From the sequence record PP391266.1: a stretch of DNA of 64,000 nt. One strand, 5' to 3'. Made by a program: the position numbers and the translations under genes. Below are positions 46,755 to 55,563 of this stretch, piece by piece. The stretch comes from Escherichia phage PJNS034. Numbering within the stretch: the stretch's first letter is position 1; every line of letters starts with the position of its first letter. Under the pieces are notes generated by a model, which was not told where the DNA came from, did not search any database, and saw nothing but the letters and a program-made list of their open reading frames with translations.

Positions 46755-47074
46755 AAAAGATTTTTACTACTGTGACGATTCTGGCTGGCCTGTTTGCTTC
46801 ATCGGCTAACGCCTTTGTTTGCACTGGTACTGCTACCCATAAAGACGGTGGCACGGCTGACATTATCGTTAACACCAACGATATGGTGTTTGATGATGCT
46901 GTCGGTCTGTATCGTGCTGAAACTCAGTGGCATCCTAAGCTGGCCTCTACGCTGTATGTAGACCAGTCTGAAAAGACAATCGAAGGTGTTGGCTTCCGTG
47001 GCATGTACACCGCCGTAGCAGTCGATAGCAAAGACGTTATCATGATTGCTGACGACCTTGTTTGCTATGAGTAA
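46751..47074 (+). CDS. secreted protein with signal peptide (107 aa)
   Basis: N-terminal MKKIFTTVTILAGLFASSANA signal-like sequence. Confidence 0.4.
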   Translation: MKKIFTTVTILAGLFASSANAFVCTGTATHKDGGTADIIVNTNDMVFDDAVGLYRAETQWHPKLASTLYVDQSEKTIEGVGFRGMYTAVAVDSKDVIMIADDLVCYE

Positions 47075-47459
47075 ACTTGAGTGGGCTTGGTATATCTTTG
47101 CAATTACTGCCATAGTTGCATGGGGTGTATGGCTCAATAGTCTGCTGTAAGCTGCCTAATGCCTGCCTCATTGGTGGGCATTGTGAAGCATACCGCTTCA
47201 AACAACATTCTCATTAATTCCCTTTAGGGACTATCGCTATGTCTGAATGGCAATCCGATAGCCAACTTGGAACCTGTCCGTGAGTTGAAAAGAATCCTCT
47301 ATATGAGGGGTTTTGGGATAAGTAACGCAATATGGTAATCAACCTCAGGGGTGGGGTTGGTTATCTAAGTGTGTTTACGGAAATCATTGGTCATTGAGCT
47401 AAAGTACCAGTGGTAACTGATAAGCATACTTAGACAACCAACTAAATAAGGAATCCCCA

Positions 47460-47738
47460 ATGAAAAGAATTGCAATGCTGTTAAGTGCTGTAATGCTGAC
47501 TGGCTGTGTATCACTGACTGAGCAGACTGATAAAGAGTTGTGCTTTGGTTATGGTCGTGCTGAGTCAGAAGCGATGCGTGATGCTATCTTGCAAGAGATG
47601 CAAGAGCGTCAGGATGCTGGTATGTTCCCGATTGCTATCGAGGAATGTAAGAAGCAAGTGTTTCGTGGTATTCAATCACGGAATGAATCAAACCTTCTAT
47701 CTGCGAGCATGATTGGTGCTCGTTACCAACAACAATAA
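47460..47738 (+). CDS. lipoprotein (92 aa)
   Basis: Lipobox-like MKRIAMLLSAVMLTGC. Confidence 0.45.
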   Translation: MKRIAMLLSAVMLTGCVSLTEQTDKELCFGYGRAESEAMRDAILQEMQERQDAGMFPIAIEECKKQVFRGIQSRNESNLLSASMIGARYQQQ

Positions 47739-48198
47739 GGATGTAACAATGTCTCAAGTTCTGAATGATGTAAACCGCAGCTTTGGTTATGAGTTCTACG
47801 AAGAATCAAAAGCTCTGTCTGGTGTTCAAGGCTATCTGGCTGACCAGCCTAAGTTTCGTGTGTTCCTCAAGCTGCGTCGTCGCATGATTGAAGGTGAACT
47901 GCGTCAACTGAAAGTGATGCTGAAAACTGCCTCTGGTCTGGATGCTGCCGCTATCTACAAGCTGCGCTCTGCACTGAAAGATGATTTGCGTCGTATCGGT
48001 CAGCAACTGAAAGACCTGCGACTGCATACGCTGGGTGCTAAGAAAGCAGAAGCACAGCGTTACCTGAACGTAATGGCAATGCACGACCAGTGTGAGAAGG
48101 TCGGTGTTGATGGTACAAAACTCCTGAATGAAGTACATGCTGAAATTCAGGCTCGTAAGGCTTTGGATAATGAGTCTCGCAAACTGGTTTCTGAATAA
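47713..48198 (+). CDS. hypothetical protein (161 aa)
   Basis: ORF-track ORF. Confidence 0.3.
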   Translation: MVLVTNNNKDVTMSQVLNDVNRSFGYEFYEESKALSGVQGYLADQPKFRVFLKLRRRMIEGELRQLKVMLKTASGLDAAAIYKLRSALKDDLRRIGQQLKDLRLHTLGAKKAEAQRYLNVMAMHDQCEKVGVDGTKLLNEVHAEIQARKALDNESRKLVSE

Positions 48199-48339
48199 GA
48201 TGGAAGCAGGGGTTGATTTGACCCCTGTTAAAAATGTAGGGCTGGTTAAGGCCAGCACCTCACACAATGGCGGCGTTAACTTATCTGAGAAAGAACGTTA
48301 TCGTCGTCGTGAATTATCTGGAGGGATTGCTGAGCATCA

Positions 48340-49059
48340 TTGCACACATCCCGGTTATCAAATCTTCCCTTCATAAGAGAGTACAAAGTGAAACGTCCTG
48401 AAACTGCAATCCGACCGTTTATGAAGTCCAGCATTGAGAAGCTGGAAGCTGGTCAACTGTTCTATGTTCGCAATGAGAAAGGTAGTGGTTATCGTCCTCG
48501 TTGCTTTGTTGGTGTGTTGCCTGATGGTAAGACGTATCAGTATCAGTCTTACATGAACAACGATATCTTTGATTCGGTTTATGAAGAACCGCATCTTGAC
48601 GACCAGCCTGTGTTTGTCCCGAAACCATTTGCAATGAAAATCATGCAACGTGGTAAGGCACTGGCTGAGGAAGTTGCTGAGGTATTCAGCGAGATTCCAG
48701 CGAACGAAATTCAACGTTCGAATCTGGATGAACTGTTCGACCGTCTGCCTGATGAAGTTATCGACTACGACGCTTATGAAGCGATTCGTCAGGCTGTACG
48801 TCGTTTGGGTTGGCAGGACGCATCAATTGTTCGTCGTCAGAATGGCGGCTGGATGGTTGATGATGAAGCGTTTGAATATATGTACAACGCTGTGACTGGC
48901 AAGGCTGAGCGTGAAGCAGCGGATACTACTGTGACGATTGCTCCGGTGGTTGATGTGGTTGATAGCTCGATTAGCCGACCAAAAGCTAATTCATTCGTTA
49001 AGAAGCTGAGCGGTTTCTTGTTTGGTAATTCTAAGCAAGGGGATAGCTGCGGCATCTAA
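48340..49059 (+). CDS. hypothetical protein (239 aa)
   Basis: ORF-track ORF. Confidence 0.3.
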   Translation: MHTSRLSNLPFIREYKVKRPETAIRPFMKSSIEKLEAGQLFYVRNEKGSGYRPRCFVGVLPDGKTYQYQSYMNNDIFDSVYEEPHLDDQPVFVPKPFAMKIMQRGKALAEEVAEVFSEIPANEIQRSNLDELFDRLPDEVIDYDAYEAIRQAVRRLGWQDASIVRRQNGGWMVDDEAFEYMYNAVTGKAEREAADTTVTIAPVVDVVDSSISRPKANSFVKKLSGFLFGNSKQGDSCGI

Positions 49060-49070
49060 ACGGTGATTGT

Positions 49071-49520
49071 ATGAGTGTTGCAGCAACAGCAGCATTTCTG
49101 TGTATGACGTTAGTTATTCACGAAGAAGCACGAGGCGAGCCTATCGCTGTGAAATACGAGGTAGGCCACGTGGTGAAGAATCGGATGGATTCACGCCAGT
49201 ATCCAGATACATGCGAGGCGGTTGTACTGCAACCCAAACAGTTCTCGTGGACAAAAACAAAAGGTGTACAAGATGAGTACGATTTGCGACAACGTTATTA
49301 TCGCGTCCTTGACTCGCTCGACACTCCCCAAAAGCGACTTTCGTTTGCTGCTTCTCAAAGAGCGGCAGATGAAGTGCTCAGTGGTAAGCATAAATCTCGA
49401 ATCGGAGCTGCGCTCCACTTCGTTACTCGCGGTCACTCAACTCATTGGGCGTCCAAATTTAAACGCCATACTATAGCAGGTATGGATTTCCTACTCCCAA
49501 GGAAGAAGAAAAATGCTTAA
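49071..49520 (+). CDS. SleB-like cell-wall hydrolase (endolysin candidate)
   Basis: HEEARGEP matches the conserved EARGE segment of the SleB/Hydrolase_2 family as recalled. Confidence 0.55.
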   Translation: MSVAATAAFLCMTLVIHEEARGEPIAVKYEVGHVVKNRMDSRQYPDTCEAVVLQPKQFSWTKTKGVQDEYDLRQRYYRVLDSLDTPQKRLSFAASQRAADEVLSGKHKSRIGAALHFVTRGHSTHWASKFKRHTIAGMDFLLPRKKKNA

Positions 49521-49716
49521 ATGGCTGTTCCGTCAGGGAAAAGACCTGAACTCTATTCTGGCTCCGCTTCGTAAGATGAAGCTGGAACTGGAAGAACGCC
49601 TCCACAAGAATGCTGATGATATTGTGGAAGCACAAAAGACCATCACCGAAAAGACCAAAGAAAATGGTTCTATTGGTGAAGCCCTGCAAACTGACCTGTT
49701 CAAATCTATCAAGTGA
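49513..49716 (+). CDS. hypothetical protein (67 aa)
   Basis: ORF-track ORF overlapping neighbours at both ends. Confidence 0.3.
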   Translation: MLKWLFRQGKDLNSILAPLRKMKLELEERLHKNADDIVEAQKTITEKTKENGSIGEALQTDLFKSIK

Positions 49717-50645
49717 GACAAACGACTATGATTCGCACCCCATTCGGTAACTTCTCTGGTAAGACTATCGGTATCACTGCTGGCGTGATTGTGTTCCTCT
49801 TCATCCTGCTGCTGTTGAAGCCGTTCAAAGTTATCTCTGACACCGAGGAGGGTGTGCAGAAGTCGTGGTCAGGCCAGATTTACAGTCAACCAATGACTGC
49901 TGGCTTCCACTGGATGAACCCGTTCAACAGCGTCACAACGTTCCCAATGACGTATAAGAACGTTCAACTGACAAATATCGGCGTTCCTGCTCAGGACGGT
50001 TTCAAAACCACGATGGATATCAGCGTAACTGGTAAATTTATTCCGGGCATGACCCCTGCTGTCCTGAAGTCTACCGGTAATTCTGAACAGTTTGCAGCAG
50101 TGCATATCTCTAAACGTATCACAGCTAAGCTGATTGATGCTGGTAAGAAGCACGCTGTAATCAGTCAGAACTTCTACGATGAAAGCACTCTGAACAAAGT
50201 TCGTGAAGAAATCATCGTAACGGCTAACCAAGAGCTTGAGCCTCTGGGTTGGAAAGTGACTGCGGTTGAAATCAGCAACATCGACCTGCCGGACGTTATC
50301 AAGAACGCTATCAGCGAGTCCAAGGTTCGTGCTGAACAGGTTAAGCGTCAGAAAGAATCCTTAGCAATTGCTGCTCTGAAAGCACAAGAGATTGAGAAAG
50401 TTGCAGAGTCTAACTCTAAAGCAACTATCCTCGATGCTGATGCTAACGAGTACAAAGCTAAGAAAGAAGCTGATGCTAAAGTGTATGCTGCTGCTCAGGA
50501 AGCAAAAGGTAACAAAGAAGTTGCTGCCTCTGTAACTCCTGCTCTGGTTGAATACATGAATGCTCAAGCTAAGATGAAGTGGGATGGTCAGATGCCAACA
50601 ACGAATGTTGGTTCTAACACTCCTGTCATCATGAGCATGAAGTAA
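49713..50645 (+). CDS. SPFH/band-7 (stomatin/prohibitin-like) membrane protein
   Basis: N-terminal hydrophobic anchor, then band-7-like core and Ala/Lys/Glu-rich coiled-coil tail. Confidence 0.55.
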   Translation: MRQTTMIRTPFGNFSGKTIGITAGVIVFLFILLLLKPFKVISDTEEGVQKSWSGQIYSQPMTAGFHWMNPFNSVTTFPMTYKNVQLTNIGVPAQDGFKTTMDISVTGKFIPGMTPAVLKSTGNSEQFAAVHISKRITAKLIDAGKKHAVISQNFYDESTLNKVREEIIVTANQELEPLGWKVTAVEISNIDLPDVIKNAISESKVRAEQVKRQKESLAIAALKAQEIEKVAESNSKATILDADANEYKAKKEADAKVYAAAQEAKGNKEVAASVTPALVEYMNAQAKMKWDGQMPTTNVGSNTPVIMSMK

Positions 50646-50653
50646 TATACTCA

Positions 50654-50677
50654 AGCCCATCTATATGGTGGGCTTTA
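50654..50677 (+). terminator. intergenic hairpin with conserved flanks (cassette copy 1)
   Basis: agcccatc...gatgggct stem, flanked by ATACTCAAG and CTTTATGAAT. Confidence 0.4.
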
Positions 50678-50706
50678 TGAATGTTACTTAAACGAGGAAC
50701 TAAAAG

Positions 50707-50844
50707 ATGTTTGAATTTATCGGTGATTGTATTGCAACAACACTCAAGGCTGGATTGGGTGTGGTATTCATTGTGCTTATCTGGGTTGGCTTCCAGATGG
50801 CATGGAACTGGACGCTTGACCGTATTCGCTGGGGATTCAAATGA
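50707..50844 (+). CDS. small membrane protein (45 aa), holin-like size
   Basis: Read by eye: MFEFIGDCIATTLKAGLGVVFIVLIWVGFQMAWNW; preceded by conserved leader. Confidence 0.3.
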   Translation: MFEFIGDCIATTLKAGLGVVFIVLIWVGFQMAWNWTLDRIRWGFK

Positions 50845-51014
50845 AAATTGAGTTCACTGGAATGAAAGGTGGTCAGCATTGCTTCAAGAAAGGGGCATTG
50901 ACTTACCGCTTTAGCGAGGACGAACTCGCACAAATCGTTGGCTATGCTGTACGTATGGCAAAGGCTAACAACAACAAAACCCTGAAACAAACTAACTCCA
51001 AAAAGGACAAATGA
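50841..51014 (+). CDS. hypothetical small protein (57 aa)
   Basis: Read by eye; ATGA overlap with previous ORF. Confidence 0.25.
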   Translation: MKIEFTGMKGGQHCFKKGALTYRFSEDELAQIVGYAVRMAKANNNKTLKQTNSKKDK

Positions 51015-51015
51015 A

Positions 51016-52413
51016 ATGCCAATCGTAACTATCGTAACTAACCGTAATAACTCTGAAACTAAGCGTGTTGAAGCTCAGTCAGGCGGTTGCTTCGGCTTTA
51101 TGGCATCAACCTCTTTCTTCCGTGACCATCGCCGCGATGTTGAGTACGTTGGTTATCATATGGAGTCATCCAATCAGGCTAAGCATTGTAGCGAAGTCTT
51201 TGATGGTAAGAATAAGTTATTCCCGTATCACAAATTCATGACCAACAATGAGTTCCATGCTATGTTCGGTGAGAACTTTGTGGATACTCGCCACGGTACT
51301 GTTAGTCACCACGGTTATGTGGTTGTTGAAATGCAGCCAGAAGGTTTTGAAGGTGTTGGTATTCCACAGGACATGTTCATCTCTGGTCTGTTCACTGCTC
51401 GTCAGTTGAGCTATGGCCTGTATCCGAACATGCGTGACACCATTAAGAAAGGTGTTCACCCAATGATGGCTTACGTTATCAGTGAGCTGATTCAGTGGGA
51501 AGATACAAGCACTGCTCTTGCTGCACAGCTTCGCTGGAAACGTCAGCGTGTTAGTTCTTCCAACATCGACAGCACAGCGTTCGGTAAGAAGAACCTGATT
51601 AACATGTTCAACTGCCTGAAAGGTAAGAAGCATGTGCCTTACTTCGGTCACGAAGGTGGCATCATTCAGCGTGGTGGTTACAAGCGTGACCATAACTTCA
51701 ACACCTCTGCTGATAATCGTCCGGGTATTTATCAGACAATCACGGCGAACATGAACACTTCATCTGCACCGATTGAAGCTGATGAACCAATCATCAACCC
51801 GTTCCACTTCTCTCCAGCTTACCTCGGTCATGTACTGAATGAACTGCTGGGTTGTGAAGTATTTGATATGTCGAAGATGCTTGACCGTCAGGGTATGAAA
51901 GTTAACCCAAAATCTTCGGTGTACAAGTTCTACCAGATGCGTGATGTGAAGTTCCGTAAGTCATATCGAAAAGGTGATATGGTTGAAGTTCGTGCTGATA
52001 TGTTCGGTGCTGACCAGTACATCAACCGTCACAACACTCCGCTGAGCAATCTGGTTTCTTATCGTCATGGTGAGAACAACACCACTAACCGTGTTGGTTT
52101 CGTACCGGTTAAGACTCATGTTGAGAAGGTCAGCGTGAAGAACGGTGTGGAAAGCGTTAAGCTGGAAAACGGTTGCTGGGTATCTCCACGTTACATCAAA
52201 ACTGCTGGTACTCATGCGGTTGAAGGTGTGAAGATTCAGGCAGGTACTGACACTCCGGTAAATGCACTGTATACAGTTCGTAATTCAAAAGAAGTGTATG
52301 CTGCACGTACCTTTGACTTGTTCGAAGCATCTGTTCGACTGATTCAGGTTACTGGTAACAGTATCGGTCAAGAGATTATCAAGCGTCCACGTGACCTGAT
52401 TCCAGCGCTCTAA
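51016..52413 (+). CDS. hypothetical protein (465 aa), first large gene of the ligase cluster
   Basis: Long ORF with no motif I can assign; contiguous with the amide-ligase genes. Confidence 0.5.
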   Translation: MPIVTIVTNRNNSETKRVEAQSGGCFGFMASTSFFRDHRRDVEYVGYHMESSNQAKHCSEVFDGKNKLFPYHKFMTNNEFHAMFGENFVDTRHGTVSHHGYVVVEMQPEGFEGVGIPQDMFISGLFTARQLSYGLYPNMRDTIKKGVHPMMAYVISELIQWEDTSTALAAQLRWKRQRVSSSNIDSTAFGKKNLINMFNCLKGKKHVPYFGHEGGIIQRGGYKRDHNFNTSADNRPGIYQTITANMNTSSAPIEADEPIINPFHFSPAYLGHVLNELLGCEVFDMSKMLDRQGMKVNPKSSVYKFYQMRDVKFRKSYRKGDMVEVRADMFGADQYINRHNTPLSNLVSYRHGENNTTNRVGFVPVKTHVEKVSVKNGVESVKLENGCWVSPRYIKTAGTHAVEGVKIQAGTDTPVNALYTVRNSKEVYAARTFDLFEASVRLIQVTGNSIGQEIIKRPRDLIPAL

Positions 52414-52567
52414 TGGGTATTAATAAGACCATGACTACAGCGTTCTTTATCCTCGCTGTAGCATCGCCAATACTTGCCTGTTTCAATACAACAGCAGCAG
52501 CATTTAGTGCTGGCATGGCTGTCTTCGCAATGCTTTGTTATGTTGTAGCGAACGGTTGATATACTCA

Positions 52568-52595
52568 AGGTCATTCACAAAGTGAGTGGCCTTTA
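52568..52595 (+). terminator. intergenic hairpin with conserved flanks (cassette copy 2)
   Basis: aggtcattcac / gtgagtggcct stem, flanked by ATACTCAAG and CTTTATGAAT. Confidence 0.4.
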
Positions 52596-52645
52596 TGAAT
52601 ATCATCTGCCAATAACGGCAACTTAAACTGAACGAGGAAACTACT

Positions 52646-53455
52646 ATGACGATTCGCCTGATTACTCTTGGTGCTGACCCTGAAACTATTGTTGCTCGCA
52701 ACGGTGTTCCAACTCACGCTATTGGTCTTATCGGCGGTACTAAGGAAGAACCACGTAAGATTATCCGTGGTGGTCGTGAAGTTGGTGCGGTGCAGGAAGA
52801 TAATGTCCTGTATGAGTTCAACATCATGCCACACGATACTCGTCAGGGATTCATTGACAACATTCAGCAGATGTTGGAAGTGGGTCGTGAGATTCTGGGT
52901 GATGGTTACGAAATCACTAATAAGACTTCTCACATCTTCTCTGATGAAGACATGGCTCATTTCCCTGACTCAGCGTTTATCTTCGGTTGTGAACCGGATT
53001 TCTTCGCTGGTAATGGTGAGATGAATCCGAAGCCTGCTGCACCGTGGCCGGGTCTGCGTACCGCAGGTGGTCATGTTCACTTCGGGTTCGATGAGCGTGT
53101 AGTTCGTGATGATGAGAATGTTCGTTCTCTGATTCAACTGTGCGATATGTATATGGCGTTGCCGTCAATGCTTCTGGACACTGACGACCTGCGTAAAGAA
53201 CTGTATGGTAAGGCCGGTGCATTCCGTCCGAAAGCATATGGTGCTGAATATCGTACACTGTCAGGTTTCTGGATTCATAATCCTGAAAATACTGGCTTCG
53301 TGTTTGACCAAGCGCAGAAAGCGTATGATGCGTTGGCAACTGGTCTGGGTCGTGAGATGTTGGCACGTTTCCCATACGAACTGGTTGTCGATATCATCAA
53401 CAGCAATGACCGTGGACGTGCTGAACGTGCCCTGAAAGTTATGCAGGTTGCATAA
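52646..53455 (+). CDS. amidoligase-like protein, divergent (269 aa)
   Basis: GADPETIV and TAGGHVHFGF parallel the GLELELE and STHVHLD segments of the downstream amidoligase-like ORF; preceded by conserved leader. Confidence 0.4.
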   Translation: MTIRLITLGADPETIVARNGVPTHAIGLIGGTKEEPRKIIRGGREVGAVQEDNVLYEFNIMPHDTRQGFIDNIQQMLEVGREILGDGYEITNKTSHIFSDEDMAHFPDSAFIFGCEPDFFAGNGEMNPKPAAPWPGLRTAGGHVHFGFDERVVRDDENVRSLIQLCDMYMALPSMLLDTDDLRKELYGKAGAFRPKAYGAEYRTLSGFWIHNPENTGFVFDQAQKAYDALATGLGREMLARFPYELVVDIINSNDRGRAERALKVMQVA

Positions 53456-53637
53456 TGGAAGAAGGTCTGCTGATTAGCTGGGTTGAATCTCCAGCGAACC
53501 GTAAGACCAAGACTCATACCCTCTTCTTCGAAAGCCTGGACGAGGGTTATGAGTTCATGGCCTCTAAAAGTTGTGTAATTCAAGTACAACGCATTCCACT
53601 GGTGAGAAAGAATGGCGAAACTGGTAACGGTAAATAA
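53455..53637 (+). CDS. hypothetical protein (60 aa)
   Basis: ORF-track ORF, start overlaps previous stop. Confidence 0.25.
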   Translation: MEEGLLISWVESPANRKTKTHTLFFESLDEGYEFMASKSCVIQVQRIPLVRKNGETGNGK

Positions 53638-53803
53638 CGCAGATAAAACTGTAACTCGTCGTGTCTTTATGGACAACGAAGAGGGTATCATGTGGGCAGT
53701 TGACCAAGCCCGCACAGCACTGTCAGTCGTGACTGATGATGTGGAAGTGGTCGAGGCTTCCAGCCGTAAAGGTTGGGAAGGTCATATCGCATGTGATTGC
53801 TAA
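53612..53803 (+). CDS. hypothetical protein (63 aa)
   Basis: ORF-track ORF. Confidence 0.25.
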   Translation: MAKLVTVNNADKTVTRRVFMDNEEGIMWAVDQARTALSVVTDDVEVVEASSRKGWEGHIACDC

Positions 53804-53827
53804 TTTAAACTGAACGAGAGAACTAAA

Positions 53828-54436
53828 ATGTCAATCAATATGTCAAGTGGTGATTTACGTCTGTATTGGGGTGGGTGTTATGCACCTGTTGCATGGGATG
53901 CAGCAGATAGTGGCGTAGCAACACTGGTAATTCACGACGTTCGTGTGATAAATCCAATGTCACGTGACTACACCGAAGCACGAGTTCAAGGTGAACTATT
54001 CTTCATTCGTAATGGAGAAGAGGCTCGTGGTAATTTTGAAGGTCGTATGTCTGACCTCCTCGGTGATGGGTTCACCACTCCTCAACGCAATATCGGTTAT
54101 ATCCGTGTTCACGGTCAACCGTATTGGATTACCTTCAAACGTCGTCGTACAAATCGTAAAGGCATCACCAATGACCGTCTGGCTGTGTATGTAGCTGGGC
54201 ATCGTGGTGAAGCAGGTTTGAACTTCGGTAGTGATGTGTTGTGTCGTCTGTATGCAACCTTTGATGGTCGTATCTCTGATGATTTCTGTATTCATCAGAA
54301 CATGATTCATTATAAAGGTGTGGTTGTCGGACGTTATGAGCGTCACAATCGTATTGTATTAGCTGAACGTTTTGCGTATCTTAGCTGGTCGCTGGAACGT
54401 ATCGGTGGTTACGACGTAACGGTGGAGGTTGAGTAA
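53828..54436 (+). CDS. hypothetical protein (202 aa) inside ligase cluster
   Basis: Preceded by conserved TTAAACTGAACGAG leader; stop overlaps amidoligase start. Confidence 0.4.
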   Translation: MSINMSSGDLRLYWGGCYAPVAWDAADSGVATLVIHDVRVINPMSRDYTEARVQGELFFIRNGEEARGNFEGRMSDLLGDGFTTPQRNIGYIRVHGQPYWITFKRRRTNRKGITNDRLAVYVAGHRGEAGLNFGSDVLCRLYATFDGRISDDFCIHQNMIHYKGVVVGRYERHNRIVLAERFAYLSWSLERIGGYDVTVEVE

Positions 54437-55260
54437 TGATTATTGCTGACATTTTAGGGCATGGTCGTGGGTCGGATGTTGTTGATACGCATCCGTTGAT
54501 TGTTGGTCGAGGCCGTGTAGGACTCGAATTAGAACTGGAGAATATGCCAAATGCTCGACAAGCTGCTGGTTGGACAGTTACTGGTGACGGTTCTCTGCGT
54601 AATAGCGGCGTGGAATATGTACTCCGTGGTGCTCAGGGAGGTATGGAGTTATTTAATTCGATACTTTCTCTGGAAGAAGCACTCATGGCACATCAATGTG
54701 ATGCTAACCTTCGCTGCTCTACTCACGTTCACCTTGATATACGTCGGCTCACTGTGGCTCAACTCAAGCGTTTACTTCTGGCTTATACAGTCTTTGAGCC
54801 ATTAATCTTTGAGTTGTCCGGTGCGCATCGTCGTACTAACAACTTCTGTCCGTCGTTTAGTTTCGCTCAGCAACAAATTCGTAAGCTGAGTAACAACTGG
54901 CATCATGATGGTGAACGATTCCTTGCTCGTATTGTGGAAGGTCGTGACCGCCAATCCAGTGATAAGTATTCAGCACTGAATCTGGTTCCAATCTTCACTC
55001 AGGGTTCTGTAGAGTTCCGTGGTGCAGAAGCGAAGCCAAGTGCAGGTAAGATGATTCGTCTGGCTAACCGTATTCTAAGTCTGTATGACTTAGCGGTTAA
55101 CTCTGATATGAATCAGTCTGATGCTGAGTTCATTAACTCACTGGCGAACCTTGATGTTCAACAGGCATTGATGGGTACGATTCCTCGTGACTTCGAACTC
55201 AGCGAAGAACTGGTGAATGAAGGACGTGTCTTAGCGTTCGATATTATCTCTCTGGGGTGA
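54436..55260 (+). CDS. amidoligase (Amidoligase_2 / carboxylate-amine ligase-like) protein
   Basis: VGLELELE...DGSLRNSGVEYV...STHVHLD resembles the putative amidoligase family (glutamine-synthetase-like fold) as recalled. Confidence 0.5.
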   Translation: MIIADILGHGRGSDVVDTHPLIVGRGRVGLELELENMPNARQAAGWTVTGDGSLRNSGVEYVLRGAQGGMELFNSILSLEEALMAHQCDANLRCSTHVHLDIRRLTVAQLKRLLLAYTVFEPLIFELSGAHRRTNNFCPSFSFAQQQIRKLSNNWHHDGERFLARIVEGRDRQSSDKYSALNLVPIFTQGSVEFRGAEAKPSAGKMIRLANRILSLYDLAVNSDMNQSDAEFINSLANLDVQQALMGTIPRDFELSEELVNEGRVLAFDIISLG

Positions 55261-55261
55261 C

Positions 55262-55477
55262 ATGAGCTGGAACGAACGAGAGTATCGTAAACCAAAGTTG
55301 GGCACTGTATGTGTCCACTTCGAACCTTCGTATAAGTCAACCTTTGGAAGTACGAAGAAGTTCCCTAACGCATCGTTCTACTTGAGTACGAACGGTGTAA
55401 TCATCATCCGTGATATGGATGGTGACAACATCTGTGCATACCCTGAAGGTGTGTGGCTGAATGTTGAAATGAAGTGA
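55262..55477 (+). CDS. hypothetical protein (71 aa)
   Basis: ORF-track ORF; followed by a clean terminator hairpin. Confidence 0.3.
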   Translation: MSWNEREYRKPKLGTVCVHFEPSYKSTFGSTKKFPNASFYLSTNGVIIIRDMDGDNICAYPEGVWLNVEMK

Positions 55478-55485
55478 TTAACTCA

Positions 55486-55508
55486 AGCCCTTCTTCGGGA
55501 GGGTTTTA
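55486..55508 (+). terminator. Rho-independent terminator (cassette copy 3)
   Basis: 8-bp stem agcccttc/ggagggtt with ttcg loop, then tttta; preceded by AACTCAAG. Confidence 0.55.
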
Positions 55509-55563
55509 TGGTAATCATTACCACAAACTATTGAAACTAACTATTGAACTTGAGGAAAGTATT

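Noticed and set aside
52571-53715. Minus-strand ORFs 52571..52960, 52977..53375, 53275..53715
   Set aside because: Antisense to the amidoligase-like gene and its neighbours; His/Ser/Thr-rich low-complexity translations.
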